This document shows, in pieces, positions 10,190 to 26,747 of a stretch of 64,000 nucleotides of DNA. Source of the DNA: Takakia lepidozioides (taxonomy: Eukaryota; Plantae; Bryophyta). The notes below the pieces were generated by a model, which did not search any database, was not told where the DNA came from, and saw nothing but the letters and a program-made list of their open reading frames with translations. The translations under genes and the position numbers were made by a program. The DNA is taken from assembly GCA_030704615.1 (NCBI GenBank), contig CM060732.1, forward strand, positions 69,936,001 to 70,000,000, given 5' to 3'. The number at the start of each line of letters is the position of its first letter. Position 1 is the stretch's first letter.

Positions 10190-13100
10190 TCGGTACATAG
10201 ACTTCACATGACAAGTACATCATACTCATGAGAGCAGTTTCTCTACATTGTCCAACCCCCGCACGATATACTGGGCACACTGCATTCGCTGCCCAAGTGC
10301 AAACTTGAAAATAAACCAGTCCTTCGTGAAAGATGTTCCTCTCTCTGGCTTTGCAGTCTTGGAGACATTTGCTCTGACTTTTACCCACTCATAAAACACT
10401 TGAATGAATGACATGACGTAAAAGCCACACTCCCAGCTGAATGGTTGCTGAGGCACATCAGGCGCGTGGAACTGAAATGCTTGGACAATCTCATGCCACT
10501 CTGGTGAGTCCATCGAGTACCCTAAGCACTGCGCATGAAGCTTCCGAATCCACCCTAGAACAAAGGGACATTTATGCAAGTCCCTGATAGAGTTCAGGTG
10601 AGTGTAACAGCCCTTGCGGAGGTCGATGATACAAACACTCCAGTGCCCCCTGCAATGGTATCAAACAACATGGCGTCATTGCACAATCATGATGGGCAGA
10701 CTCAGCAGACTGACACTCAGCAGACTCAATCTTCAAACCCAGTCCACTGCACAAATACAAAGGTCAACTTAATCGCTCAGAGTCAAGACGACACTGCGAA
10801 ACCAGACTACGACTCAGGAGACAGTCTCAGCAGACTCAGAAGAGTTCTTACTCGTCCCCAATTGGCACCAAAATGAAATCACACTCTTTCAAGTCTTTGC
10901 CCAGTCGTTCAGTGCTGAGGCAACCTTTCAAGACCTCTAGAAGGCTTTCATGTTGCCCCACCCCCAATGACTTCAACACCGTCCACGTCGACGTTGGAAG
11001 AACAGCAATAGTGTTGATGAACGCAGCCTCAACCGACTTCTCATAGAATCGACACCACAGCTCCAAGAGTCTATCTGTGCACTCCGACTCAACCTTCTGG
11101 ACCGCCTTTATGTCATCCGGCGACAGTCCGCATTCAAACCGTGGGTCCCCTTCAAAAAACATCAGCATGGAATTACCTGTCTTCACATGCAGAGCATGTG
11201 CTTTGCCAAACCGAGCACCCATCTTGCACAGAGCAGACCATCCTTCGGGAAGCCTCATGTACTGAACAGACTGATGAAACTAGCAGCAGACTGACCAGCG
11301 TGCAGACTGACCACAACAGAGCGCAAAGCACTTAACGACAAAGATAGACGAGGAGACTGAGCACAGTACTCACCTGTGCTGCTCCAGGAAATGACCCACA
11401 TCTTTGTCCATGTCCAAGGCCAGCTTGCAGTTCTTGTTCATAAAGACGCCAGACTTTTTCTTTGCCGGTCTCTTGGTACTCGGACCCTCCTCGACCTCCT
11501 CAGCATGGTCCACGATAGTCCGCTTCTTGGCTTTGTCTCTCCCCTGGGAAGCAGGGACAGCTGTAGGCGGGCTGGATAGAGCAGACAAACGCAGCGCTGC
11601 CGCCCTACTTCGCAACAGAGGCTGGTCAGCAAGTTTGTTTACACTTGCTGGACCTGTCTTTGCAGCTTCGTGGGTCGCATGCGTAGAACTGACCCGCGCA
11701 TCAAGGGGCGTGCTCACCCCCACACATTTTTTGGCTGTCGATCCCACATTTGCAGCATGGGGAGAAGATGTCATGTCCTCAGAAGTAGACAGTCTGCCGA
11801 CGGAGGGACGAACATCTTGTGAGGATACCGAGCAAAATGTCGAATTAGTCCAATTTCATAATGTGCTAAAACATAAGCAACAGTGTTGAAAGAGGAAATG
11901 GCACAACCTGCCCAAGGGGTGAGGGAGCAGACTCCATGTAATCCAGCGCTATACCAGACGGTGTCTGCGCCGCATGTGGTTCCTTGTCAGTGTGCCTGCC
12001 AACATGTTCAGTCTGTTGCTCAATGTGGGTAGTCTGCTCGGCCGCCGTCTGTGAACTGTGCAGTATGCTGGCAACTCTGTGGTTCAGTCTCTTCCTCAAT
12101 GTGGGCAATGTGTTCGGTGGCAGGTTGGTCATCAGTCCTTCCCTCTGTGAAGTGTTCAGTGTGCTGGTCAGGCCGTGCAATCTGAGCTGTGCAGTCAGAG
12201 CTGAGCTGTGCAGTCTGCCTTTCCGAGCCATCCTGGTCAGTCCTTCCATCTGTGATCTGTGCAGTCTGCTGGTTAGTTTGCGGTTCAGTCTGCTCATCAA
12301 TGAAGACAGTATGTTGCCCCGCCACACGTTGCTCGACAGTCCTTCCATGTGTCCACTGTTTAGTGTGCTGGTCAGTCTGGTGGACAGTTAGCTGGGTGTT
12401 CGGATCTCCATGGACTTGGGAAACATCAAGAACATGTATGGAAGACCCACCGACAATTGCTTCCTCAGACTCTTCTGTAAGATCTATGATACGGTTTTGC
12501 GTTCCCAGATTGAGTTCGGTCATCACGTAGGACTCATCTATGGCTTTCGCCACTGAGCGCACGAAAACCGGACTAACCTGGAAGGTCATAGAAGGCAAGC
12601 CACGGGGAGCTGGATAAGAATGCTTTACCGGTGACCTGATGACGTCGTCAGTGAATGTGCCTGGGGGAAAAGTGGACTCGGTCAAAACACTCATACTGGC
12701 AGATCCAAAAACATGTTGTTGGGAACTCAGCAGAAATTCGTCCACAGGGTCCCGGTGAGGCCAGTGCATCCGAGTCTGTTGCACAATCCAGGGAACAGAC
12801 TGGCTGTTAGTCTCCTGGATAGTCTGCTCAGCCATCTGCTGAGTAGGTTCGCCAGTGTGCTGCACAGTCTGCTGAGGGGCAATCTGCTGGCTGGATTCGT
12901 CGGTCTGCTGCACGGTCTGCTGAGGGGCAATCTGCTGGCTGGATTTGTCGGTCTGCTATACAGTTTGCTGAGGGGCAGTCTGGTGGCCATGTTCGCTGGT
13001 CTGCTGCACAGTCGGATGAGGGGCAGTCTGTTGGCCGGTCTGTTCTCCGGTCTGCTGCAAAGTCTGCAAAGTTCGCTGCCCGCTCAGTACTGTTTGCACA

Positions 13101-14500
13101 TACTAAGTATGTGTGTGCGGGGTAGTCTGCTGGGAGTGGTCCGGCCTATTACCCGGGACGGTCTGGTGCACATGCTCGGTCTCCATCACTTGGGCAGTCT
13201 GCCCACATGTGTCGTGGGGAATATGTTGTTCGACATTCTTGTGGCCAGTCTGCTGGACAGTCTCCTGAACTCCTTGTAAAGCCAGAACAAGGTCCCTTGC
13301 ACCTCTGGCAAAAGAGTCGAAAGCAGCCTGCACTTGCTTGTCTCCCATATCAACTCGCCCTGCAACACATGTTTATGTAAATGTGAACTTGTAAAAAAGT
13401 TGGCAAAAGAAATTGAGCTTAAACACGAAAGTTGCCCATAACATTTTACCTTCCAAGAGATTTTCGACGAGGCCAATGTCCTTGATTTGCCGGCACAGGC
13501 ATGCTCCATCGAGATGAGCAATGGCGCCGATGCGGTCTTCAGTTGGGATCCCACACCACAGGACTTTGAAAACATTGGGATTCTGCAAAACAATGTCGAA
13601 TACTGCTCGCTCCATCACCAATGCAAACCAGTGCAATGCCTCATCCACCACAAACTTCTGTGAATGGTCTGTTCCATGGAGTAAGTCCATCCTCAAACTA
13701 TGCAGATCCTTCATCAACTTGTTGTATAAGCAGAAATTGCCAAATTGCATCCATCTGTGTTGTAGGAAGGAAGCTGCCATGCGCTCAAAGTCCTCCTCAG
13801 TCAATCCGAACAAGTGCTTTCTTCGCACCCCAAAAATTGGATGTGCCATAGGCATATGTCTGAGGTCTTCAGGCCGTGGGTCATCCATGAGAATTAGCTG
13901 CACAAGTAGATGCGGCGCATTTTGGTCACTTGTGGCTTAATGACAACAGCAGAGGCGGTTTCTAGAACATGGTTGGCTTCCTCAATAGAAAACTCCATGG
14001 AATAATGAAATGGTACAAATGACCACCGGCGGTCCGCAACGATCCGGTGGAGCCCATTATGCCAATCCAAATGGGGATTAATTTCTCCCACCCTAAGCCG
14101 GGGAAGTGTGAGGTCTTCAGCTCCGAGGCGAATTACCGGTGATGGCGATCGCCAAACTGCAAAAAGCGCCGTGCTATGTGAGAGAAAGGCAGTCTGCTGG
14201 TCAGTCTGCTGGTCCGCAGTCTGTTGGATGACAGGACTTCCCATTGGCATGGGCTGCATGATGGGCTCCTGGAGAGGAGTTTGCAGGATGACAGGCTGCT
14301 CGTTGGGAGTCTGCCCTCTTGGAGTCTGCTGGATGACGGCCTGCTGAATGGGAGTCTGATGGATGGCAGACTCGGCTGTCCCAGACGCATTCCCCCCCGA
14401 CGCGTCTTCAATATGTAATGCCGCTATAGCAGCAGATGACCCAGGATACTTCAATAATATGTACTCTCGCACGCGGTCCACTTCCGCACGCACTGCAGTC
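10190..14500 (-). pseudogene. Multi-exon Ulp1/SENP-like (peptidase C48) gene carried by the MULE
   Basis: FILVPIGD|(intron)|GHWSVCIIDL ... VPQQPFSWECGFYV gives the H-D-(Q)-C catalytic set. The long Q/T-rich N-terminal part is split over several ORFs by frameshifts and introns. Confidence 0.75.
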
Positions 14501-14859
14501 GCTTGTAAAGGAGCATCATTGCTAGGTTTCCGCCAAGCCTGAATGGCCCTACGAATAGAAACACGTTCATCCTAGTACACGGCAGAGAACTTCGACGTCA
14601 GGAACATGGACGTGGACTCTATATTCACCTCATGCAACGGACTGGACTCACAGACCAGCAGACTGTAACGTGCGTACGTAGGGTGGAGACAACTAGTAGA
14701 CTATACCGGTGGACTGGACCAGCGGACTGACAAACGGACTCAGTAAGTAATGCAGTGATATAAAACAGACTAACTGATGAGCGGACTGAGCCAGCAGACT
14801 GAGGAGAGAACGCATGGGACTGACCAGACTGAATAGGCAACGTGACCCCGATGATGGAC

Positions 14860-15864
14860 TCAAACAGCACAGAGAACAGACTGGGCGGTCAGACTGACCA
14901 TTACCTCCTCTACTTCATCATCGTCATCTTCATCTTCAAAGCTGTTCAACCAGTTCTGTTCCGTCTGTCGGATTAATGTGCGTAGCAGACCTGACTGGGC
15001 AACTCTGTAGAAATAACGGAAGAAGTTTGGATCCCCAATTGGTGGGCACTCTGGTGGGAAAAGCCCAAAGTCAACGAGGCGCAATGTGCCAGGGCAGACT
15101 GGCCCTTCAGTGCTCTGTTGAGTTTTTGGTTTTGACCCTAAGCCGATGGCATGGGTCGCAATATTTGTGTGAGTCTGCTGCCGAGTCTGGTCAGGCAAGT
15201 CAATGTCCACTGGACTTGTCACCCCTTCCACGCCCTGAGCAGATTCACTTTCAGTATCAGTACTGATGGTGTGGGTCTGCCGCCCAGGACGGGGTTCAGT
15301 CTGTTGCGTGGATTTTGCCCTTGCCTCGCGAGCAAACCTTGCAGCCTTCTCCTTTTTTTGCCTCTCCTTTTTTTGGGCCCCATCACTCAGTTTACGTTTT
15401 CTGGGAGCGTCCGGCGTTCCCTGCACTTGCAAATCCTCCATTGACGGGCCACCACAATGGACGCCATACCGTGCGCGCACTTCGTCTAATTCCAAAGTGC
15501 GGGGGTCAAGCACTGATCCGCGCAAGCGCATTGTGGCCTCTTTGACAATCGACATTTCTTTCAGTATCGGCCAAGGCTTGAAATCTCGTGGAATCATTGC
15601 AACAGTCTCCTTGCAACCCGTGTCAACACAATGCCGATTTAGTTGGATTTTGTCCTTGATTACCTCTTCACAGAAGGGACAGAAGAGCTTGTCCTTCTGC
15701 CAATTCGAGTTTTTGGGCTTCCGGGCGCGGAGGTCTACAAATGCTTCCACTATTTTATGATCAAACTCGTCTGGTGAGTACCAGTACCTTCGCTCCTTCT
15801 TCAGTCTGGTTTGGTGCACAAAATCCAACCAGTCCGCTCCACCTTTTTCACAAGCATCCTCCAT
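14860..15864 (-). CDS. MULE accessory ORF with a C2H-C zinc-finger-like motif and basic NLS-like stretch
   Basis: Open for ~335 codons. LFCPFCEEVIKDKIQLNRHCVDTGC, PRKRKLSD and an acidic tail. An acceptor-like TTCTGCAG lies just before the ATG. Confidence 0.5.
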   Translation of the reverse strand: MEDACEKGGADWLDFVHQTRLKKERRYWYSPDEFDHKIVEAFVDLRARKPKNSNWQKDKLFCPFCEEVIKDKIQLNRHCVDTGCKETVAMIPRDFKPWPILKEMSIVKEATMRLRGSVLDPRTLELDEVRARYGVHCGGPSMEDLQVQGTPDAPRKRKLSDGAQKKERQKKEKAARFAREARAKSTQQTEPRPGRQTHTISTDTESESAQGVEGVTSPVDIDLPDQTRQQTHTNIATHAIGLGSKPKTQQSTEGPVCPGTLRLVDFGLFPPECPPIGDPNFFRYFYRVAQSGLLRTLIRQTEQNWLNSFEDEDDDDEVEEVMVSLTAQSVLCAV

Positions 15865-18564
15865 CGCTGCAGAATAAAACGAAGGTGCAAGGACAATGAG
15901 CGACAGAGCGACAGATAGAAGTCCTATGAAAAGACTCACCCTAAGCAAGAAGAAGATGACACAAAATGGAATGGAAACACCGCAGCAAGTGAGAACCTCA
16001 TCGAGCCGATGAACTTCGAGTTGTTACGAAGGTGAGCGTGTTTGCGACGCTTTGCGGCTCACCGCGACTCTCCACACCTGGGGAAGAACGGTCGTCTTTC
16101 GTTGCGGTGATGGAAACGCAAAGAGGAAAACAAAGCAGTGCAAAACTATGCGAAGAAACAGGCGCGAAGAGAATGGAGAAAGTAGAAGTAGAAGGGGGAA
16201 AGCGGGCATGGCACTGCCAACGTGGCGCGATTTCACAGGCGCCAAGTATCCGCCGTCATCGCATTGAATACGTCCACCGAACGAACGGATTGTACTAAAT
16301 TCATCCACGCTCCTCGCAAATGCAGTAGACTCATTTCCCATCGGGCCGAGAGTCCATCGGACCGCCAGTCCAGCGGACTATTCGCTTTGCTGAGGCGAAG
16401 CGGCTTCATATTGGAGGCACTTCCCTGCCAGCGGAATGAAGACAAAAGAGAGTAAGGGGAGAATAGGAAAGTCGAACACATCCATTGCGAACAGACTCGC
16501 GGCACAACAGACTGATGCATGCATAATCCAACAGACTGATATCCATAGAGGAGAACTGTCTAGCAGACGGACGTTTCGCCAGACTGGCGGGAGAACAAGC
16601 CATTCCAACACAACAGACTGACAAATTCACAAGTGCAACAGACTGCTATCCCAACAGACGGACTTCCAGCAGACCGCCTCCAAACTGACTGTTATGCACG
16701 CGATAAGGGGAATATCCGGAGCACTGACGGGCCAGCGGACCCACTGTGAACAGACTCGCGACACAACGGACCTCAAACATCCACGCGCATTTGCAGATGC
16801 AATTGTCTCAGACATCTCCCGTCATGGCTCAGACATCTGTATTCAGCAGTTGCGTGTGGATGTTTTAGGACCTTACGACTGGATGGTGTTCCGTGACGAC
16901 TCGGATTGTTTTTTTGTGCTGCCATCCCTTATATAATACCATGTGGATCCATCACAAAGCTGGGTTTCTTCAGATTCTCCACCCTTTTCCACAACTTATG
17001 CACGACGGATGCAAACCGCTATACTTGGTCACATAAACAGTCCCATCGTCCGATACGAAATCTGCAATACACGCCCCCATGTGCATACGCTTCCACCATT
17101 TTCGCGCCCATGTTACCCATGGGTTCCTTTAACGAACTAAACTTATGAAGGCTCTCATGAGTGATGCAGTACGAAGGGGCTAAACGTATCATGACGGATC
17201 ACAAGCAGAGGACGTTATCGACGACAGATGTCCGCATTTTCCATATTTATGACATAGAACCAAACCATAAAACGAAAGTTCCCGAAAGCACAACAAGAAG
17301 GCAAAAATAGTGGAAGCATATGCATGATGGTGGCTGTAGTGCCCAGACAGTCCTCTCATGTTCAAGCACACGCTTCATCATCATCATGAACATCGTGCGC
17401 AAAAGAGGAACAGTCGCGTGCATGGAAACGCCTACCGCAACATCGAACAACAAATAGCCGTCAATAGAGAGCGGCCGGGATTTGGTGGGAAGATCATTGC
17501 CATTTTCGCAGCCCTAAAAATGGAGGGCTCGGATGGGTTATGGGAATGGACGGTGGTGATCCTGCGCCGTCATCGGACTTGATGGCAGGGGACTGGCCAA
17601 CGGACTGGCGGGCAGACTGCTGGGCAGCCGACTAGCCAGCGGCGGACTGGAGGGCAGCGGACTCATGGGCGGGGGACTGGCCGCGCGGCGGACGGGGGCA
17701 CGGGCGCGGTTGCTGTAGCCGCGCCCGCGGCTGGGCGACCGCGCGCAGCATCGGGCGGGGCGGGCAAGGTGATGGGGAGCCGGGCGTCCGTGCGCGGGGC
17801 CCACCGGCCACATCACATGTGCCCATTGAAGACCCTATTATCTTAAAATGAGAGGCCTCCACTACTCGCTTTGAACCTTCACAGCATAAGATTGGCCTTT
17901 AAAATTATTTGTGGCTGTCCCTAAACAACCACCAGTCTGGTGGTGCTGAATCAGATATCTATACAGAAAACACTTGCATAGTTTCCACAGATCCACCACA
18001 ATCTGATTGCTGCTTCTTCTTTTGATGTTTGCATCCATTTCCTATGTACAGTTATTTCCAAGTACTTACAGGACAGCAAAGTCGGATTAGAATACCAAGA
18101 AATTTTTAGGCCATGTAGAAAGACTGATCTCACAAAATGCGGACATTTTTCTTGCAACAATAGCACTACTGTTGTTCCGACTGAGAAAAAATGTGGGGCT
18201 ACAGGTAGGAGAATGGACGTGCCAATTGAGCACTTCAGATGCACACTGAGCTACATGTTAGGAGCACACAAAGGTGCTAGGAAGTATGCAGGACGATGAA
18301 TCCTGGTAAACCTGACTTCATGCAGTTGACCCGTAGATTTCTTCATCCATGCATAAAACTCCTCGTAGACACATTCATGCCATACGTCACCTTCCCGAAC
18401 GCAGGCTGCATCCCTCTTTCCTTTCCTTTCTTAACTTTTGGGCCATGTGCGAAGTGATGAGACAATGTCATCAAACCTGCTCCCCAATAGTGAAACGGGG
18501 AGAGCGCAAAAGGGACGGGCAAAATAGTGGGGACAAAACAAGCAGCAGTGAAGTTTGTCTGCTC

Positions 18565-21634
<3,070 letters not shown>

Positions 21635-22126
21635 AGATCCGAAATCTCAGAGGTGCTGCGAGCCAACCCTGCAGCAGCCTCCTTGTCGGTGCTTGCCTTG
21701 TGCTCACCAGACGGGCTTGCGTGGGCCTCTTTAAGGCTGTCCAGATACCACGGACATCCATAGTTCGTAAAGGGTTAATATTAGATGGAAAACAAATGCA
21801 TATTCGAAGCCATATTCGCAATGTATTTGAAATTATTAAGGGGGGGGGGGGGAATTTTAGAACCCCCCAATACACCATAGTAAGGCACACATAGAGCCCA
21901 CCCTGAAAGGGAGCAGTATCCGCAAGGGGAAGAGGCTCTTATTTACGCTAGCTTCAGTTGATGTCATATATATATATATATAGTAAGGCACACACGATGC
22001 CTTAGGCAGTGAAAAGCAGAACAAGACTCCTCGAAGGATGTTGAGCACTTGTTGAACTATCAAGGCCCGGAGGCCTAAGGAAAGAGCCAAACCAATGAAG
22101 GCCACGAGAGCCAACAACGAAAGGAC

Positions 22127-25100
22127 CAGTGTTGTGCGGGTCCTGCCTTTTTAAGGAACCCGCCAGTTCCGGGTTCGGGTTTTTTTGTGGAGCCTAATCC
22201 GGGTTCGAATCCGGGTTTTTGAAATTTGGAAAATCCGGGTCCGGGTTCGGGTCCGGGTATTTGAACATGGAGTTGGGTCCGGGTCCAGGTAGTTGCTGGA
22301 AAATATTAACGGGTTCACGGGTTCGGGTCCGGCTCCTAATTAATTGATTAAATAAAATTAAAATATTGGAAATATTTAGAAATAACTATTTTTTGGCTGG
22401 AAAAAAAAACTAGATCCTAATGGTGAATTTTGTTTTAAAACATGTTCCTTCAAGATGTACCATGCGAATATATATGGCTCGTTCATATACTACCCACATG
22501 ATGATACAAGAATTAAAATAGAATTTCAGTTTATCCATCATTCAATCTCAATTCTTAAATATGGCCAGAAATGTAATATGCCTCAAGGCTCATAGACTAC
22601 TATAGAAAGAAGAGCAAAATTCATTCTTCCTAAAAAAGTCCAGCTTCTACAATCAAATCCTCGTTTTCAGTTATGAGGATCTCTTTTGTATCTAGAAAGT
22701 CTTTCATGGAAGTATTTAAGCAACTATGTCGAGGATCGTCTGGCCAATTCTTATAGATGCTTACAAGCATGTCCAAATTCTCAATGCCCAATTTGGATCT
22801 CCTCAAATTCGTGATGATCCCTGCAATGCTGAAGACCCTCTCTGCCTCAATTTTGTGAGCCAACAACCCCGAACACTATTCGCGCCAAATACCCCACATA
22901 TGGAATTTTGGCTTCATGCTCCTTCCACCATGTCAAATGAGCTACAGAATCTGCTTCACTCACAGCTCTTATTCTGAAATGCATCATTTGTTCTTTTACC
23001 ACTGAAAGTGCTACTTCAGAATTGGGTCTTTGTATTACAAACAAAGACATGTCCTCCGCCACAGATGGACAGTCTTCATCATCCATGGTCTGAGGGTTCA
23101 GGATATTGAAGCATTTCACAAGAAGAGGAAACAACATCCTGGTATCATACTCATAGTGCATCCGCATCTCGTGGTCTTTTCCAACATACTGAGCCAACAA
23201 TGACAATTTTTTGAACAGAGGATCAAGCATGAGGCAAAGCATGTTGTGAGCTCTACGTGCCTGGTAGGTTTCCATAAAAGACAAAAATGGCTCCAATACT
23301 GCCACCACCTCTTTCTTCATCCGCCATTCCAACAATGCTAGTTCTGTCTCAATCTCACCCATGCACTCACCCCCATTGCCTCCTCTAGGATGAATGCGAC
23401 CTCGGAATCGTGTTGTCAGAGTAATTGTTCCCGCAATAGCATCAGATAATAACCAATACCCACGTGATTGTTCAACACATATTCATGAAGCACTAGCCCA
23501 AGCGTTGAAGAGATACACTGTGCTATTGCCCAAGCTTGTGGCGTTGGCACACGAGACTGAAGTGCCATAGAACTCTGACGTGAATAACAGGTTATGATTG
23601 CTTGTTTGAATTCCAAAGTCTCTTAGAAAAGTAGTACATTTGAACCAAACCGTGTCTGTATTGGTGTCTTGAGTTTGCAAGGCTGCATCCCACTATCGAG
23701 GCAAGCCCTCGTCCATTCTTGTCTCCCTTTGCCGTTTTTTTTTGTCCATGTGATAGTCTTCTGCAAGTCAGACTGTGCATCCTTGATAGAAACTGTTGTC
23801 ATGCCATTACACACCTTGGCGTCATTTGTTGCATATTGACAACATTTGGACATTGCATGTCCAAAGCATGCACCTATGAATGGCCCATCCAAGCCCAACA
23901 ACTCACAAGACACCACTGATGTTAGAGTTCATGTCAAAGTGTCAAGATTACTTCCCTCATCTTTTACATATGCAATAACCCGCGATTTGAGGCCATATTT
24001 GGTCAAAAGATCAGCCACATGTGCTGCCAAAGCAACCCCAGATGTATCAGGTGTCTCAAATATTCCCAACGTGATATGACAAGGCTCCTACTCTGCATTG
24101 ATGAAATGCGCTATAAGAACAAAAATGTTTGTTCCTGCTCTTGACATCCACAGATCGAATGTTAAAATACACGCAATGGACTTCGCAAGAACTGAAAAGC
24201 TGTACAATGAAGCGGTCTTCTCCACCACTGTTGGCAAAACTTCATCCACAAGCTTCCTCCATGAGGAAAACGCAACACGTGGATTTTGGTTCAGGACCAT
24301 CTTTCTCAACCATGGTGAATCCACAAAAGACAAAGGCACGGACTCATTTGCAATGAATAGAATCAAATCGTCCACAAACTGCTTTTGCTTCTCATCATGG
24401 ATTGTATACGGAACTTGACTCCCAAAGTACTTCGCTATGGTCCCTGGAGTAGGGCCAGGCCTCTTTTTGGTTGGATTACGAGTTACAGGTCTTTTTCTCT
24501 CCCTCTCCAACCACTTAGCATATAGTCTCTTGTGTTTTGTATCCACATGCTTGAGAAGCATAGAAGTACCTTGTTTGCTCTTGTAAGTGATATAACCAGC
24601 TTTCTTTCCATTGTTGCAACCATCCGGATGACAAATGACACACCTTAGTGTTTGTGCATTGACTTGGGCTGTTTGTGCAAGGTTGTTCTCCATGGCAGGT
24701 TGTTGGCTAGTGATAGACCTGCAGCAAGAGCACAGACAGGTTCATCAATCATATTCAGAATGACATATTGCCCTCAAATTTATGAATAATAATTTTAAAA
24801 AAAACATTCAACTCACTCAGTAATGCAGGTGCGGCTGCCACATTCCGGTGGTGGACATGGGGCTTGCCTTCTTTCACTTTTGGGAGAGACGTGAATGTAA
24901 CAAGACAAAAAAATAGGTTCATAAACAAAGTTTCAAAGTCGAGAACAATTAAACACAAAAAAAATAGTAAGTTTGAATTTCAGAAACCAGCCAATGAACA
25001 ACTAAGGGAACAGAACAACCAAATGTGGTTCAATTAAAAAATACACAGCAAGAAGAAGGGGGGTAGAAAAGAGAAATGCAAGAGAAAAGACAAAGCAAGT

Positions 25101-26747
25101 AGTGCCCTAAAACCAACTAAAATGGGAATGCAACGTATAAAAAATGCCATCGTGGAGATTAATCCCAATGCAAAAATCCATACTATAAAAACGAGAGTGT
25201 GGATACCTGCGATGGCTGGTGCTTCAAATGGTGGCTCCCTCCTCACTCCCGTCAAGAGCACACTAACTACCTGCCAGCCCCCGAACAACCCATTATAGAT
25301 CAATCACTAAAAAAAAACAAAAAAAAACAAAACGCTTGATGATGCACACAAGTCTAGGCCCTGGAGACATCCCTAATGCGGGTACAATACTTCATGTCAT
25401 TCTGAATATTTCCCGTGCCCGCATGGCTGATTAAGGTTGTTGAGAAGGAGCCAAGCCCAACCAGGTCATGTTCGAATCTGTTTCCAATGTGTGTGCAAGT
25501 CTGGGAGTCTTGGATGAAAAGGGCAAATAGGTGTTGGAAACATCATCAGAGCAAGAATTGTATCAGCTCATGTCATTTTGATTGTACTATACTCTTGGGC
25601 CTATATGCAGGCTGAAACTATTTGGGCTCTAGTACCCCCTTCCCACATCATTTGTTGATGTCTCCAAAGCCTCATTGTGAGGACCCATGCATTGCCTCTC
25701 AGCCATGCATGTGCCAGCCTGGCAGCCCTGGATTAAAAAGGCAAAGAGGTCTTAGGAGACATCAGCCTGGCACAAATTGTATATTCTGATTCTTATACTC
25801 CCTAGCGTGCATGGTTTCAAAACCTTTTTGGACTCCAGCCCTTCCCACATGTTTTGTTGATGTGTCTCCAAAGCCTCCATCCCACACCAATATTTCCTTT
25901 CAGCCATGTGTGGGTGGGCCAGCCAGGTTCTCTCCGCCCCTCTTCATCACCCAAAAAAACAAAAAAGAAACAAATAAAATTGACCTTGGATGGGAAACCT
26001 ACCTAGGATATTGGTGATGGCATAAATGGTCATGGCCTTACTGCTCGTCTGCCTCCTACACACAACCTGCCAGCCATATTCCCAACCCTTAATCAACCAC
26101 CACAAAAAGACGAAAGTGAAAAATATTTATTTATATTATTATTATTAATAAACATGCATTGTGGGTCAGCCAACCTACCTTCAAGAGTGGTGGGGGCTGG
26201 CTGCTCACACGGCCTTACTGCTCGCCTGCCTCCTACGCACACAACCTGCAAGCAACCCCAACCCTTAATCAAGCACCACAAAAAGACGGAAGGAAAAAAC
26301 ATTGCAAAAAAACATGTTTTGTGGGAGCTGGCCCTACCTTCAACATTGGTGGGGGCTGCCTGTTGCCATGGCCTCCCTCTCTTGTCCGATCTGCACAACC
26401 AGAAATACAATGCACATGTTAGCCTGGCGGACCCCGCACGTCCCACTCTAACACACATAAATTCAAAGTGAGAGAGTACATGTGATGAGTTAAGCAAGTG
26501 AAGAAGGAGAGGCTCGAGGTCTCCCGGAGTAAGGGGTAAGGGGCACGTTTTATTTTTTAACAATTTCTAACTATATATATATAAACTAAAATCCGGACCC
26601 GACCCGCCATACTGGCCCCGAGGATAGGGTTCAGCGGGTTCTGGACCCAGTAGGCGGGTCCGGATTCATTTTAGAAATGAACCTGGGTCAAGGTCCGGGT
26701 TTTTTCAGATGACACGGGTCCGGGTAACCCGGACCCACACAACACTA
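22127..26747 (-). mobile_element. hAT DNA transposon (4.6 kb), complete ends
   Basis: 8-bp TSD GAAAGGAC (22119-22126, 26748-26755). TIR CAGTGTTGTGCGGGTCC / GGACCCACACAACACTA (15/17). Subterminal CCGGGTYC repeats at both ends. Confidence 0.95.
22630..24693 (-). pseudogene. hAT transposase with stops and frameshifts
   Basis: BED finger (CVIC...LLKHVDTKH), LTFDLWMSR, CFGHAMS, QTRF, MLDP and the dimerisation domain WWKE...LARI / EAERVFSIAG. Confidence 0.9.

Larger units (their letters stand above)
7376..17870. mobile_element. Large Mutator-like element (Kaonashi-type, Ulp1-carrying), left end truncated
   Basis: MULE transposase on +, convergent Ulp1 protease gene and a zinc-finger ORF on -. CAGACT/CAGTCC micro-repeats throughout, GC-rich terminal block at 17580-17820. 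Boundaries are approximate. Confidence 0.7.
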
